From Takakia lepidozioides (Eukaryota; Plantae; Bryophyta): 64,000 nucleotides of DNA. The translations under genes were made by a program, and so were the position numbers. The notes beneath the pieces are model-generated. The model was not told the origin of the DNA. It searched no databases and worked only from the letters and a program-made list of their open reading frames with translations. The stretch lies in assembly GCA_030704615.1 (NCBI GenBank), contig CM060734.1:2108001-2172000 (forward strand), written 5' to 3'. Positions 49,701-62,435 of this stretch are shown piece by piece (position 1 is the first letter of the stretch; the number at the start of each line of letters is the position of its first letter).

Positions 49701-50764
49701 GGCGGGATTGAGGCACCTCAGCTTCCCCGCATAGAGGACGTATCGTACACGAACACCATCAGCAATTTTTGTGCTACTGGTCTTCGTCACACACCAGGGG
49801 TGTCCGTCATGCTTTCGATCCATGTCTGTTAACATCCCTGAGGCTTTGTTTGACGAAGTAACAGATGGAAACTCGAAGATGACATTGCCATCAACTTCGG
49901 GAGGCAGGTACGTTACCTTCCTGACTGGAAATTTGGCATAGTCGAGAGCAGCCAGCTCGGAGCGAGAACCATCGAGGTGATGTTGCCGTAGGAGCTGCAC
50001 AATGGACCGGGTTGGAGTTATGCTCGAGGGTACATGCGTAGCACCTGCAGAGACGTCCATGTCGGATTTGAACGACCGTGTGGAGGACATGGGGACCTCA
50101 ATGCACTCATCTTCCTCGTTGGAAATGTCGAATACGTCCACGCGAGAAGCTATGGAGGGTCTTGACGGTCCAGGTCGGGAATGATTATCGTTGCATACCT
50201 CTCTGTTGGTAATGGCCGCCTGTCGGTTTCCGGACTCCTTTGTGGATGGTGTGGGCAGCGACTGATTCGGAAAGGGAATGGGCATTCCCACAGCTCGGTA
50301 CAGGATGGTGTCTGATGGGGGTACGTGCCATTCGATTCCGCAACCTCCGTCGTTACCTAGCACGACAATGGTCTCGTCAACCTATCCAGTTCCTTCCTTT
50401 CTTCTTCCAAATAAATTGTGCCCGGTTTGAGCTTGAATTTGGAACAAATGTAAGTTTCAGTCACTTTGCAAAGTCCTCCCTCGTTTGGGATCCAGGCTAT
50501 CCCAAGTTGCGGAGGACAGCAAACTATAGCGTAGGAATTCGGAGCCATCGAAGACCGCACGAAGTTGGCAAGTGCGAGGTTCAGTATAGCGACAAACCAA
50601 GGCTCACAGGCGCCATGTAAATGGATCTGCGGAGTCCATCGACGATTGGAAGTTGCACATTGAAGTGGAAAGTATTGTTTCAAGCTACATGCATGAAGGT
50701 GGGAGGTGTGATTCCATAGCCAGTAAGTATGACAATGATGGCCGATTCGGCGACGAAATAACAT
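46716..50764 (-). pseudogene. MULE DDE/SWIM transposase, copy B (frameshifts, filler insertion ~47575-47810)
   Basis: ORF pieces nearly identical to copy C. Confidence 0.92.
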
Positions 50765-50939
50765 CTCCTGACAGTTTCTCCTGACGGTGGATCCAGCAGT
50801 ATTCTCGGTGCAGACATGAACGTTCGCACTGACAAGTGCCAGGACTGTTAGTTAAAACGGTCAGACAACCAAGTTGTGCTCATCAAGACAGGCCGCAATT
50901 GTGTTGTTTCGGAACAATGCAACCCATTCAGGTTCTGCA

Positions 50940-52085
50940 TGCGGAAATGAGGTTCCGCATTTCCGTCCGGAGTGATACTTTCGATTGCTGTTGGACGGAA
51001 ATACGGCACCGCATTTCCGTTTTGCATCTTAGTCATGCACCAGTGCGACGGAAAACCTGCACCGAGTTTCCGTCCGGGGGAAACCTTTATACTCTCCAGA
51101 ACGGAAATGCGGTAACGCATTTCCATCCAACAAGCACGGTATGTGAAGGTGGAACGGAGATGCGGTACCGCATTTCCGTTCTGATTGGGAATTATGAACA
51201 ACGGGAACTGAAATGCGGCACCACATTTCCATCCGAGTCGCACCTTCCGACATACCAGAACGGAAATGCGGCGCCGCATTTCCATTTTCTATCTTAGGCA
51301 TGGAGCGGAGGGACGAAAATTTTGCACCGCATTTCCGTCCGTTTGAAACCTTCATACTCTCCAAAACGGAAATGCGGTACCGCATTTCCCGCATTTCCGT
51401 TCTGACTGAAAATCGTGAACCATCGGAACTGAAATGCGGCACCGCATTTCCGTCCGAGTCGCACCTTCCGACATTCCAGAACGGAAATGCGGCGCCGCAT
51501 TTCCGTTTTGTATATGAGGCCTGGAGCTGTGGGACGGAAATGCGGTGCCGCAGTTCCATCCATGTGAGACCGTCAAACCTTCTTGACCGGAAATGCGGTG
51601 CCGCAGTCTTATCCATGTGAGACCTTCAAACTTTCCAGACCGAAAATGCGGCACCGCATTTCCGTTCAGGTGAGACCTTTATACTTTCCCGAACGGAAAT
51701 GTGGCACGACATTTCCGTTCATCAACTAAGGTATGTGAAGGTGGAATGGAAATGCGGTACCGCATTTCCGTTGAGATTGAAAACCATGAACCACTGGAAC
51801 TGAAATGCTGTGCCGCATTTCCGTCCGAATCGCACCTTTCGACATTCCAGAACGGAAATGCGGCGCCGCATTTCCCTTTTGTATCTCAGGCATGGAGCTG
51901 TGGGACGGAAATGCGGCACCTTATTTCTGTTCAACAACTAAGGTATGTGAAGGTGGAACGGAAATGCGGTGCCGCATTTTCTTCCAACAAGTACGGATGT
52001 GTAGCTTCGTGATGGTACTTAACGGAAATGCGGCGCCGCATTTGCATTTTCACTCCAACTCATCAGACGCTGGGACGGAAATGCC
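50940..52085. repeat. Intergenic palindrome array, copy B (~20 units)
   Basis: Repeated GGAAATGCGG-YR-CCGCATTTCC at ~53-bp spacing. Confidence 0.95.
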
Positions 52086-52664
52086 ATGAAATGTGAACAC
52101 GTGGAGCAACGGAATTGCGACACATGTTTGCACTCTATCTGACTGAAGTGGCATGAGGCAGCGCGGCCTGACCGTTGGATAATGATGTTTGTTTTTCGGA
52201 CGGCAGGCGTACCCTGAACGATTCGAATTTCGTAATGACACAAAGTCCACGAGGAGACACTTTCGTCCAACCCTTTCGAACCCAAGTGGTGCATCACCGC
52301 CGTTTCATCTTCTTTTGTCGTGTCTCCTCAGTCACCCCTCTCGCGCCCTTTCCATCTGCACTCTTCGCCCCTTTTCCCTGTCTCTGTTCTTCTTATGCTC
52401 GAACTTGAGAGGGAGGGAGTGCGTGCAACAGAGAAGAGACATCGTCGCAAGCTCCGCAAATTGTACTTCGGACGTAGGCCAATGCCGAAGGGGAGGAAGC
52501 AGATGGGTCTACAGGAGGAGATTGTCATCTCGCAGCATCAGGCCACGCATGCAACCCTGCCACCAGTGAGAGCTCTGTGCTATCGAGATTCGCCAGCTGA
52601 TCGAGCACCGAAACCCGCCTCATTTTTCTTCTGCAATTCTTAGACTGTATGCTAGGAGACTTGA

Positions 52665-55383
52665 ATGCAGAAGATGTTTGCCATGCCTAACCGAAAGGTG
52701 GACGTGCTGGAGGGATCGCAGGAATCCGAAGAGCCGCAGGCAGAGTCCGTGGAGCTAGCTGCAGCACGCACACCCAGCCAATCCACGAGCACGGGTCTTC
52801 CTGCCGGGCCTAGCCCTGTGCGTTTCAAGGACGCGGCTTCGAAGGGCAAGTCTTTGCAGTTCAAAGCCCCAGAGAGCGACTCGCGTTCGAAGGTCATGGA
52901 GAATCGCCAACAGGGGTCTAGCCCTTCTCCAGCAAAGACGAAGAAGAAGCAGCCCATCCTTCAACTTGTTTCTGAACCGGACCAGGCCGTTTCCCCCCCA
53001 CCCAGGCGAATGAAGCAGATTCAATTGCAGCAGACACCTTCACCTACAAGAATGAGGAAGCAGAAGGCAATCAGGGGGAGGGCGGAGCGGTCTCCCGCAA
53101 AACTGATTCCACGAGCTGAAGCCCATTTCTTGCTTGATTTCTAGCCTGGTGATGTTGGGGGCGTCTCTGCTATAGCAAAGGCAATGGGATCGACCGATTT
53201 CGTCGATCTGGTACCGGAGGAGGATGCTGCCTCTGAACGTTCGCAGCAAGACTTGACCACCGTTGAGGAAGATCTTCATAATACTGCAGGCCCGGAGGAG
53301 GCCTCTGCAATTGCAGAATTGTCCGCAAAGATTCCCCAGAGTGCAGCTCCAGCTGCTCAGCCCCTACCGCCACCAGCAGAAATGTCTCCGGAGGAATTCC
53401 AAAGTGCAGCGGATACAATGTTGGAGGAGACACATAGTAGCATTGGCAGAGTTCTGGGCAGCAAGGTATTCCAGCGGACTCTTCGAATCCCACTCTATCG
53501 CATGGTCTCCCTTCCCATCGTCAGGCAGGCACTTCCCGGAGATGTGGATAAGCTCAAGTTCGCATTTCGAGAAGGGTACCGTCTAGGTTCGCCAGTCTTC
53601 TACGTTTCCCTTGAGAATGAGGACGGCGAATCTCTTGGACCCACTGCGGATGAATTGTCAACATGGGATACCCACTGGCACACTCGCAACGACGAATTCG
53701 AGGCAACGCTAAAGGGTGATCCAGACTTCGGCCATATGTCGGGTAAAATGTTCTTTGTGTGGGACGGGAATCACCGACTTCTTGCCTGGTGGGAGTACAT
53801 CAAGCAGAACCATGCCAAGCACATTGGCTGGCATTACATGGTGGAGTGTGTCATCCTCAACGTGAAGGCGGCAGACTCCTCCCTGCTCAAGAATGCAAAG
53901 GCGGACCTCAACTCGTAAGATACTCATACCCTCCCAAGCACGTTCGAAATGCGGTGCCGCATTTCGGTTTCCAATCAGTTTTGTTTCCGTGCTTCAGTGG
54001 ACTGAACCGGAGAGTGTGCCTTGCAGGGTCACTGAAAATGCTTACGTGCATACGCACATGGCACATATGTTGTACAGGGTGAGGAAAACTGGTCTCACTG
54101 ACCCGCACATGTTCGCTGAAATGCTGGAGCCCGAGCTCATTCAAAAAGCCGTGGCAAAAACAGACCGGACATGGTATCGCCTCACTATGGATGGAATGGT
54201 GGAGGTGATATACAAAGTAAGTCGTCCTCCCATTTTCCTCTGCTCATCCTTCCCCAATTTCCAGTCACCTTTCCACATGGATCGAATGTAATGCTTCTGC
54301 ACGTTTTCTTGGCAGTCAAACATCAAGCTGGATTTGGCCCATGCCAAACGCTTCTTCATGGAAAGTGAGGGGTAGTTAAAAACGTTGCAATCATTGACTG
54401 AGCACTTGAAGGAAGCCGGGGTCAAGTCCAGAACCAAATACAAGTCAAAGCTTGTGAAGCTGGTGGCCATTGCAGATCCGACACTTGGAAAGGACTTCAT
54501 CCCTGAGATTGCAAAACACTATTCTCGGGCCATGCAGCCGACCATGCAATTGGAGAAACTGCATCACCTGTCAACGGCATGTGTGGAGGCGAAAGAGAAG
54601 GTGAGGTTTCAATGCACTAAAGTTCTTTCCTAGCAATAGCCACTCTACTTCCTGCTCCTGACATTGGATTGGAAATGGCAGACACGGTGGCTGTAGATCT
54701 GGAATGCATCGGAGAGTATAAGGACCATGTGGTCTTTTCCACTCGAAGTTTCCGCCCCTGCAGTGGATGTGTGGCTCAACCGCATGACTAGGTGGTTCCA
54801 AGTAATTCAAGGAACTTCCCCCGATTTGCTTTGCTGGAATGAATTCCGTGAACTGCTACATGACAATGCATGTTGGAAACGCAGGTAATGACGAATGCGA
54901 AGGAGCAAGTTGTAATGCATACAAATTCGTTCGGCTTGTACGTGAAATGGGATGGAACACAGATATTGGAAGACTATGTGACACGTTTCAGATGTGCGTA
55001 CAAGGACAACCTCTTCGCCAGGGAGCTGCAGACAGCAAGAAGGAGCGTGGAGTTTACACATCAGGAGGGAGCGGGAAAAGCTGCAATGCAAATTGTTTAC
55101 AGGTGAAGCCCAGCTGTCCTTGTATGCGAAGCCTGGTTATGAGGTTTGACTGGGAAATGCGGCACCGCATTCGCATTTAAGTTTTCGGTTGCACTCTGCG
55201 AGTACGTTGGTCTCAACTTTTGCTCACGCATGCTGACTGCCCTGCAGATATATGAAATACGTGCTTCTTCAGACAGGGTCCCTGGCTCAAGAGCCCCCGT
55301 TCTTCATGGCTTGGAACGTGGCGGGCCCAAGCTGTGTCTACACACCCGAGATGCAGAAACAATGGCATGCCGCGCATCTGGTT
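52665..55383 (+). pseudogene. ParB-MTase cargo gene, copy B (5' half only; stops)
   Basis: FFVWDGNHRLLAW exon 53184-53915 and following exons match copy A; cut at MQKQWHAAHLV by the copy C terminus. Confidence 0.85.
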
Positions 55384-56234
55384 GAGGTTTACTATTTCAT
55401 GAGCAGAAACCATGAGCCATGAGCCATGAGCCGCATGAGCCGCATGAGCGGTGAGCCGAAGTCTAAGATACGCGGATTTCATGAGCGGACTCCTCCAAAT
55501 TTGGAAATGCGGCAGATTAAACAAGTATTAAAATAATAGTTTTTTATTTGACCTTGCCGTTTTTGGACGTTCCAGATCATGTAATGCGGCGAAGATATGT
55601 CGTCAGTAACAAGTCCGCTCATGGTTTTATAGATCCGCTCATGGAAATAAGTGACCGTGCAACGGGAAATCCAGTATACCACTGCAAAAGGACGTCGCAT
55701 ACTGGCCTGTATAGAGTATTCCGCGGTTTTACATGCCTTAACATTGGAATGAAGCTGACCCTTTTGCCGCGATTGAACCAATGGAGTCTGCACCAATACA
55801 GTCTGCAGTACTTCACAATTCTGTCTTCTTCGGGTATTCGGCGGGAAAGGTTTGCAACTGAACTGGGAAATAGGGTGCCGCATTAGGGTTCGCACGTGCG
55901 AAATTTCGGAGCGGTTTGGTGTTGGCGAAGGCCGCCTCTGGGGGTACCTACGACGATACTTGGAAATTCGGCGCCGCATTTCCTTGTCGGAGGTCGAATG
56001 AGGAGAGCAAGTTTTCGGAAAGCAGAAAAACATGAACCCTCCAACATACAAAAATACATGCACGTGGAAACAAGTGAACGATATAGTAATATCTTAGTTC
56101 GATCAAAACAGGTTACTGGTAGGCAAGACATATGTCGGACCTTTGTGTGGCCAGAGTCTGAGGTACTGGCAGCAGTACAGTTCTACTATCCGAAAAGGAT
56201 GGGCGTACCATTGTATGTGGACCGCAAGCCAAGC

Positions 56235-59200
56235 TCACTGGTCCCCTGGATCCATATTCAGAAGAGTGTGAACCTCCTGGGGGCTCAACCCTGGTGCATG
56301 TATGAAGTGATGAGTTGTGGAATTACAACGGAGTCTCTTTAGGTACACGTAGTACAAATGCTTGCAAGGGCAGTATGATGCCCCCTTGTTCGCCATGATC
56401 TGGAAGTCGGTGCAATTGCAGGTGGGTAATTCTGAAATGGTGATGGTGTACACCTCATTGCGAACAGCTGAGCCCGCCGTGGCCATCTGATACACACGCC
56501 CGAATCCTGGTGGGGGCACTTCTGTCGAGCTCTGGATTGTACAGTTCATCCGAAGTGCATTCCCCATCCTTGTCTCGTTCACTTTTGAGGGAGGTCGCCG
56601 CCTCTTCGGTTTCCCCCAACGGTGTGTAGGATGCTTAGAGCTGTCGTGTCCCATTGTTCTTGCTCTCACAGGGGTCGGTGGTGGAGGCTGTGGAAGCGGA
56701 AATGGTTGTCTGGGCACGTCAGTGCGCTGCACCATCCGAAATCCTGCGGCGGTAAGGGCGTCGGCCTCAACCTGACTCAGATCGCAGCCTGGTTCCACCG
56801 GCCACACCGGGGGAGCCTCTGGCATTGTCTGTATGCCGTACTTGGGCTTTCCATACACGCAAGTCATAATGTCGTGCCTGCAGAACCAGAACTGGGTGGT
56901 TGTCGCCTCCGCAAACTTTGCATGGACAAATCTTCCTGTAAAAGTAGGAGCAGGGACAGCCCCATCTGGATTCCTCCTTATCATCTCTAAACAACGTTGC
57001 CGTGTATCCACACGAATTGCGGAACACCTTCCTCGAAACGACGGCTTTGTGCGAGCAATTCTCCACTGTGAGGCAGACACAGTCGTCTCCACAATGGCTT
57101 GGCCATACTGCATAACAGCGGGCGGAATGTGGGGCAAGGGAGCGGTGGGAATTTGTTGCACGAAATCCCCGGTTGAAGGCGACGGCGATCTGGAATTTCT
57201 TGGGCTTCCACTGCTGGAAGACACATTGTGCGGCAACATGACGGGACCTCGAGGTGCTGTCCGAATGTTCCTGTCGGATCTCCAGGAATCCTCTTCGCAC
57301 CCGGGTTCCTCTTCAATCCTCCGCCTGACAGGGCGAGTCCGGACGTCCCCCTCTAGGTGTTCACCTCTGCGGTGCAGAGGCGTCCCTTTGATCTTCTCTC
57401 GCAATGCTGTCGCCCATTTCACTGGATTCTTGGACCTCGAAGCTGTTCGTACCAACAATTCCTCCCTGTCCGGCCCAAAGCCCCATTGTTTGCCGCTCAG
57501 GAACTTGTAGTACGTGGCTTGCTGCATGATTGCTCTGTCGATGTCCTCCGTTGTGGCCGTCACTACGTCCACCAGATGTGCGGCAGAAGACGCTCGCCAG
57601 GAGGAGTGGACCGATTCTGCCATATTCGTGTTCGGCATGTCCGTGTCGGAATCCAAGCACCGCTCCTAGAAGGACACAAACAACGGTGAGGGACCAATCG
57701 AAATGTCCGTAACAGAAAGACAAATGAACGAAATTGACAGCAGCCTACCTCCCGCATGTACTGTCCGAACTGTCGATACCGAAAATGCCACCACCCCAAC
57801 CAGCTGTGCAATGCTCCCAGATTGGTTGTCTCCACTGCACCTGACGTGTTCCACCAAGCCTCGATGATAGCAAACTTAACCTCCGCGTCATCAAATGTGG
57901 GTGCATCCTTCCACGCCGTACAAAGGACACGGTGTTCAGCCTGGAATGAGCTAGCAACAAATTTGGTAGTGTAGTGGGATAGACTCTGCATCCAATGGAA
58001 TCCACAGGATCTCTCTTTCCCCTCCATTGGAACATTGGGGTCCTCACCGTACACACGCCGCACCGCTGCCCAGTTGGCCTGAGCGTTGTCTGCCATGAAT
58101 CCCCTGAAATTGGGCTCTGGCAATCCCGCCCTTGCCATCTGCTCGTTTATGCCCTCCCACAGATGCATCTCGGACTGTGTGTCCTCCCCTTTCATCTCGC
58201 AGATTGCAATCGTCATGAGCCTCTTGGAGTGATAGTCATAAACATGCGCACCCATAGTCACCCACTGATGGTTTGTAATTCGCTTGATGTGATCAAACAT
58301 CACCCAAGCATTCGACAAGTTTCCAGTTGTCATGCGAGTGACCAAGTCGACTCCACTCCCAGGCCCACACGTCGACATTTTGAAAATGTAACAACGATCG
58401 GATTCGCTGCCTTGCCCTGGAAACCTGCTACCTTGGATGTAGTCATATCCAGTCATTCGTTTCACCTCCAGGATTGAGTACATGTCCGACCCCCTGCCGA
58501 ACTCCTGCTTGCAAGATACGATGTGATTCCGCACATTCGGACTACAAACGTGCGAGACGGACTCCAAGAGGTCACGCATCTCGTCTTCGGTCAAGGGCTC
58601 TCGGTCGGAACCATCTTCAGACATGATTTTGCCAAGAGCAATCTTGTGGGCTGCCTTCAGCTGAATCTGCTTTGGTCTGGCTCCGGGGCTCAATTTCACC
58701 TCCTCTTTTATGATGTCGTGTGCTTCCTGCACAGCCTCACGCATGTTGCCTCTCGCCAAGGGGTGGCAGTGGACCCCAACGTGTATGCAAGCTCTAGTCA
58801 AGTCCGGGAGCAAATGGATTACGTAATATTGCTTGGCTCTGCACATGGACATGCACGTCGGTGGTTCTTTGCAATGTGCACACTTGAAAGAACCCGCAGG
58901 AGCTTGGCTGGAGACAATGAATGGATGATGCGTTGTGCCAGTCCAATCCGTCTCGTTTCTCCGCCCTCCTTTGGAGAGAAAGTGGAAGCAGGTGGGATTG
59001 AGGCACCTCAGCTTCCCCGCACAGAGGACATATCGTACACGAACACCATCAGCAATTTTCGTGCTACTGGTCTTCGTCACACACCAGGGGTGTCCGTCAT
59101 GCTTTCGATCCATGTCTGTTAACATCCCGGAGGCTTTCTTTGACGAAGAAACAGGTGGAAACTCGAAGATGACATTGCCATCGACTTCGGGAGGCAGAAA

Positions 59201-60058
59201 AGTTACCTTTCTGACTGGGAATTTGGCATAGTCGAGAGCAGCCAGCTCGGAGCGAGAACCATCGAGGTGATGTTGTCGTAGGAGCTGCACAATGGACCGG
59301 GTTGGAGTTATGCTCGAGGGCACATGCGTAGCACCTACAGAGACGTCCATGCCGGATTTGAACGACCGTGTGGAGGACATGGGTACCTCAATGCAATCAT
59401 CTTCCTCGTCGGAAATGTCGAATACGTCCACACGAGAAGCTATGGAGGGTCTTGACGGTCCAGGTCGGGAATGATTATCGTTGCATACCTCTCTGTTGGC
59501 AGTGGCCGCCTCTCGGTTTCCGGACTCCTTTGTGGATGGTGTGGGCAGCGACTGATTCGGAAAGGGAATGGGCATTCCCACAGCTCGGTACAGGATGGTG
59601 TCTGACGGGGGAACGTGCCATTCGATTCCGCAACCTCCGTCGTTACCTAGCACGACAATGGTCTCGTCAACCTGTCCAGGAACATCCTTCCTTTCTTCTT
59701 CCAAATAAACTGTGCCCGGTTTGAGCTTGAATTTGGAACAAAGGTAAGTTTCAGTCACTCTGCAAAGTCCTCCCTCGTTTGGGATCCAGGCTCTCCCAAG
59801 TTGCGGAGGACAGCAAACTATAGCGTAGGAATTCGGAGCCATCGAACACCGCACGGAGTTGGCAAGTGCGAGGTTCAGTATAGCGACAGACCAAGGCTCA
59901 CAGGCACCATCTAAGTGGATCTGCGGAGTCCATCGACGATTGGAAGTCGCACATTGAAGTGGAAAGTATTGTTTCAAGCTACATGCATGAAGGTGGGAGG
60001 TTTGATTCCATAGCCAGTGAGTAGGACAATGATGGCCGATTCGGCGACGAAATAACAT
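56235..60058 (-). CDS. Mutator-family DDE transposase with N-terminal Cys/His (GCM/WRKY-like) domain and C-terminal SWIM finger; two exons (60058-57749, 57665-56235), up to ~1246 aa
   Basis: D (WVMFDHIK), D (FMADNA), CxxH (SCGFHW), E (TNMAESVH), SWIM CNCTDF..CPCKHL; CAGKLRC...CAHC...HVGVHCHP; 83-nt phase-0 GT-AG intron; true start codon uncertain. Confidence 0.92.
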
Positions 60059-60269
60059 CTCCTGACAGTTTCTCCTGAGGGTGGATCCAGCAGTATTCTC
60101 GGTGCAGACAGGAACGTTCGCACTGACAAGTGCCAGGACTGCTGGTTAAAACGGTCAGACAACCAAGTTGTGCTCATCAAGACTGGCCGCAATTGTGTTG
60201 TTTCGGAACAATGCAACCCATTGAGGTTCCAGATTTCCCGTCACGAGTGATTCTGTCGATTGCTGGTGG

Positions 60270-61860
60270 ACGGAAATACGGCGCCGCATTTCCGTATTGC
60301 ATCTTGGTCATGCAACAGAGCGACGGAAATGCGGCACCGAGTTTCCGTCCGGGGGAAACCTTTATACTCTCCAGAACGGAAATGCGGTAACGCATTTCCA
60401 TCCAGCAAGCACGGTATGTGAAGGTGGAACGGAAATGCGGTACCGCATTTCCGTTCTGATTGAGATTTATGAACAACGGGAACAGAAATGCGGCACCGCA
60501 TTTCCGTCCGAGTCGCACTTTTCGACATTCCAGAACGGAATGCGGCGCCGCATTTCCATTTTGTATCTGATGCATGGAGCTGAGGGATAGAAATGCTGCA
60601 GCACATTTCCGTCATTCAACAAGCACGGTATGTGAAGGTGGAACGGAAATGCGGTACCGCATTTCCGTTCTGATTGAGAATTATGAACAACGGGAACAGA
60701 AATGCGGCACCGCATTTCCGTCAAAGTCGCACTTTTCGACATTCCATAAAGGAAATGCGGCGCCGCATTTCCATTTTGTATCTGATGCCTGGAGCCGAGT
60801 AAGATTCCGACAGCTTCATACAGCGCAATTCCGACCGGTTGAGACATTCACACTATCCAGAACGGAAATGCGGCACCGCATTTCCGTTCTGACTGAAAAT
60901 CGTGAACTATCTGAACTGAAATGCGGCACCGTATTTCCATCCGAGTCGCACCTACCATCATTCCAGAACGGAAATGCGGCACCGCATTTCCGTTCTGACT
61001 GAAAATCGTGAACCATCGGAACTGAAATGCGGCAGCGCATTTCCATCCGAGTCGCACCTCCCAACATTCCAGAACGGAATGTATTAGATTTAAAAGGGAA
61101 ATGCGGCACCGCATTTCCGTTCTGATGAAATATCCTGAAACATCGGAATTGAAATGCGGTACCGCATTTCCGTCGGAGTCCCACCATCCGACATTCCAAA
61201 ACGGAAATGCGGCACCGCATTTCCGTTTTGTATGTGAGGCATGGAGCTGTGGAACGAAAATGCGGGAAGGCATTTCCGCCAGCGTCAGACGTTAATACTC
61301 TACAGAACGGAAATGCGGTACCGCATTTCCATTCTGACTGAAAATCGTGCGCAACGGGTACAGAAATGCGGCACCGCATTTCCGTTCGAGTCGCACCTTC
61401 CGACATTCTCGAACGGAAATGCGGCGCCGCATTTCCGTTTTGTATATTCGGCCTGGAGCTGTGCTACGGAAATGTGTTGCCGCATTTCCATCCATGTGAG
61501 ACCTTCAACCTTTCCAGACCGGAAATGCGACACCGCATTTCTGTCCAGGTGAGACCTCTATACTTTCCCGAACGGAAATGTGGCACGGCATTTCCATTCA
61601 TCAACTAACGTATGTGAAGTGGGAACGGAAATGCGGCGCCGCATTTCCCTTCTGAATCTCATACATGGAGCTGTGGGACGGAAATGCGGCACCGTATTTC
61701 CGTTCAACAACTAAGGTATGTGAAGGTGGAACGGAAATGCGGTGCCGCATTTTCTTCCAACAAGTACGGATGTGTAGCTTCGTGATGGTACTTAACGGAA
61801 ATGCGGCGCCGCATTCGCATTCTCGCTCCAACTCATCAGACGCTGGGACGGAAATGCCTT
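60270..61860. repeat. Intergenic palindrome array, copy C (~30 units)
   Basis: Includes perfect 28-bp AACGGAAATGCGGTACCGCATTTCCGTT copies; spacers reused from a small set. Confidence 0.95.
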
Positions 61861-62435
61861 GAAATGTGAACACGTGGAGCAACGGAATTGCTGCACATGT
61901 CGGCACTCTATCTGACTGAAGGGGCATGAGGCGGCGCGGCCTGACCGTTGGATAATGATGTTTGATTTTCGGACGGCGGGCGTACCCTCAACGATTCGAA
62001 TTTCGTAATGACGCAAACTCCACGAGGAGACACTTTCGTCCAACCCTTTCGAACCCAAGTGGTGCATCACCGCCGTTTCATCTACTTTTGTCGTGTCTCC
62101 TCAGTCACCCCTCTCGCGCCCTTTCCATCTGCACTCTTTGCCCCTTTTCCCTCTCTCTGTTCTTCTTATGCTCGAACCTGAGAGGGGGGGAGTTCGTGCA
62201 CCAGACAGGAGACCTCGTCGCAAGCTCCGGAAATTATACTTCGGACGTAGGCCAATGCCGAAGGGGAGGAAGCAGATGCGTCTACAGGAGGAGATTGCCA
62301 TCTCCGAGCAGCAGGCCACTCAGGCAACCCAGCCACCAGTGAGAGCTCCATGCGATCGGGCTGCGCGCAGCTGATCGAGCACCGAACCCCCCATTTTGCT
62401 TCTGTAATTCTTAGACTGAATGCTAGGAGACTTGA

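Larger units (their letters stand above)
45886..55383 (-). mobile_element. Mutator-like element, family 1, copy B (truncated by copy C)
   Basis: Begins GAGGTTTACTATTTCATGAGC; transposase, array and cargo gene colinear with copies A and C. Confidence 0.92.

Noticed and set aside
55384-55460. Helitron or rolling-circle interpretation of the one-ended junctions
   Set aside because: No HUH/helicase motifs; the enzyme is a DDE Mutator type and a 9-bp TSD is seen at 3206/14807.
56833-57510. Long antisense ORFs opposite the transposase (also 12637-13314)
   Set aside because: Shadow ORFs of a GC-rich coding strand with no recognisable motifs.
60270-61860. CRISPR array
   Set aside because: Spacers are recycled from a small set rather than unique, there are no cas genes, and the context is a eukaryotic spliced transposon.
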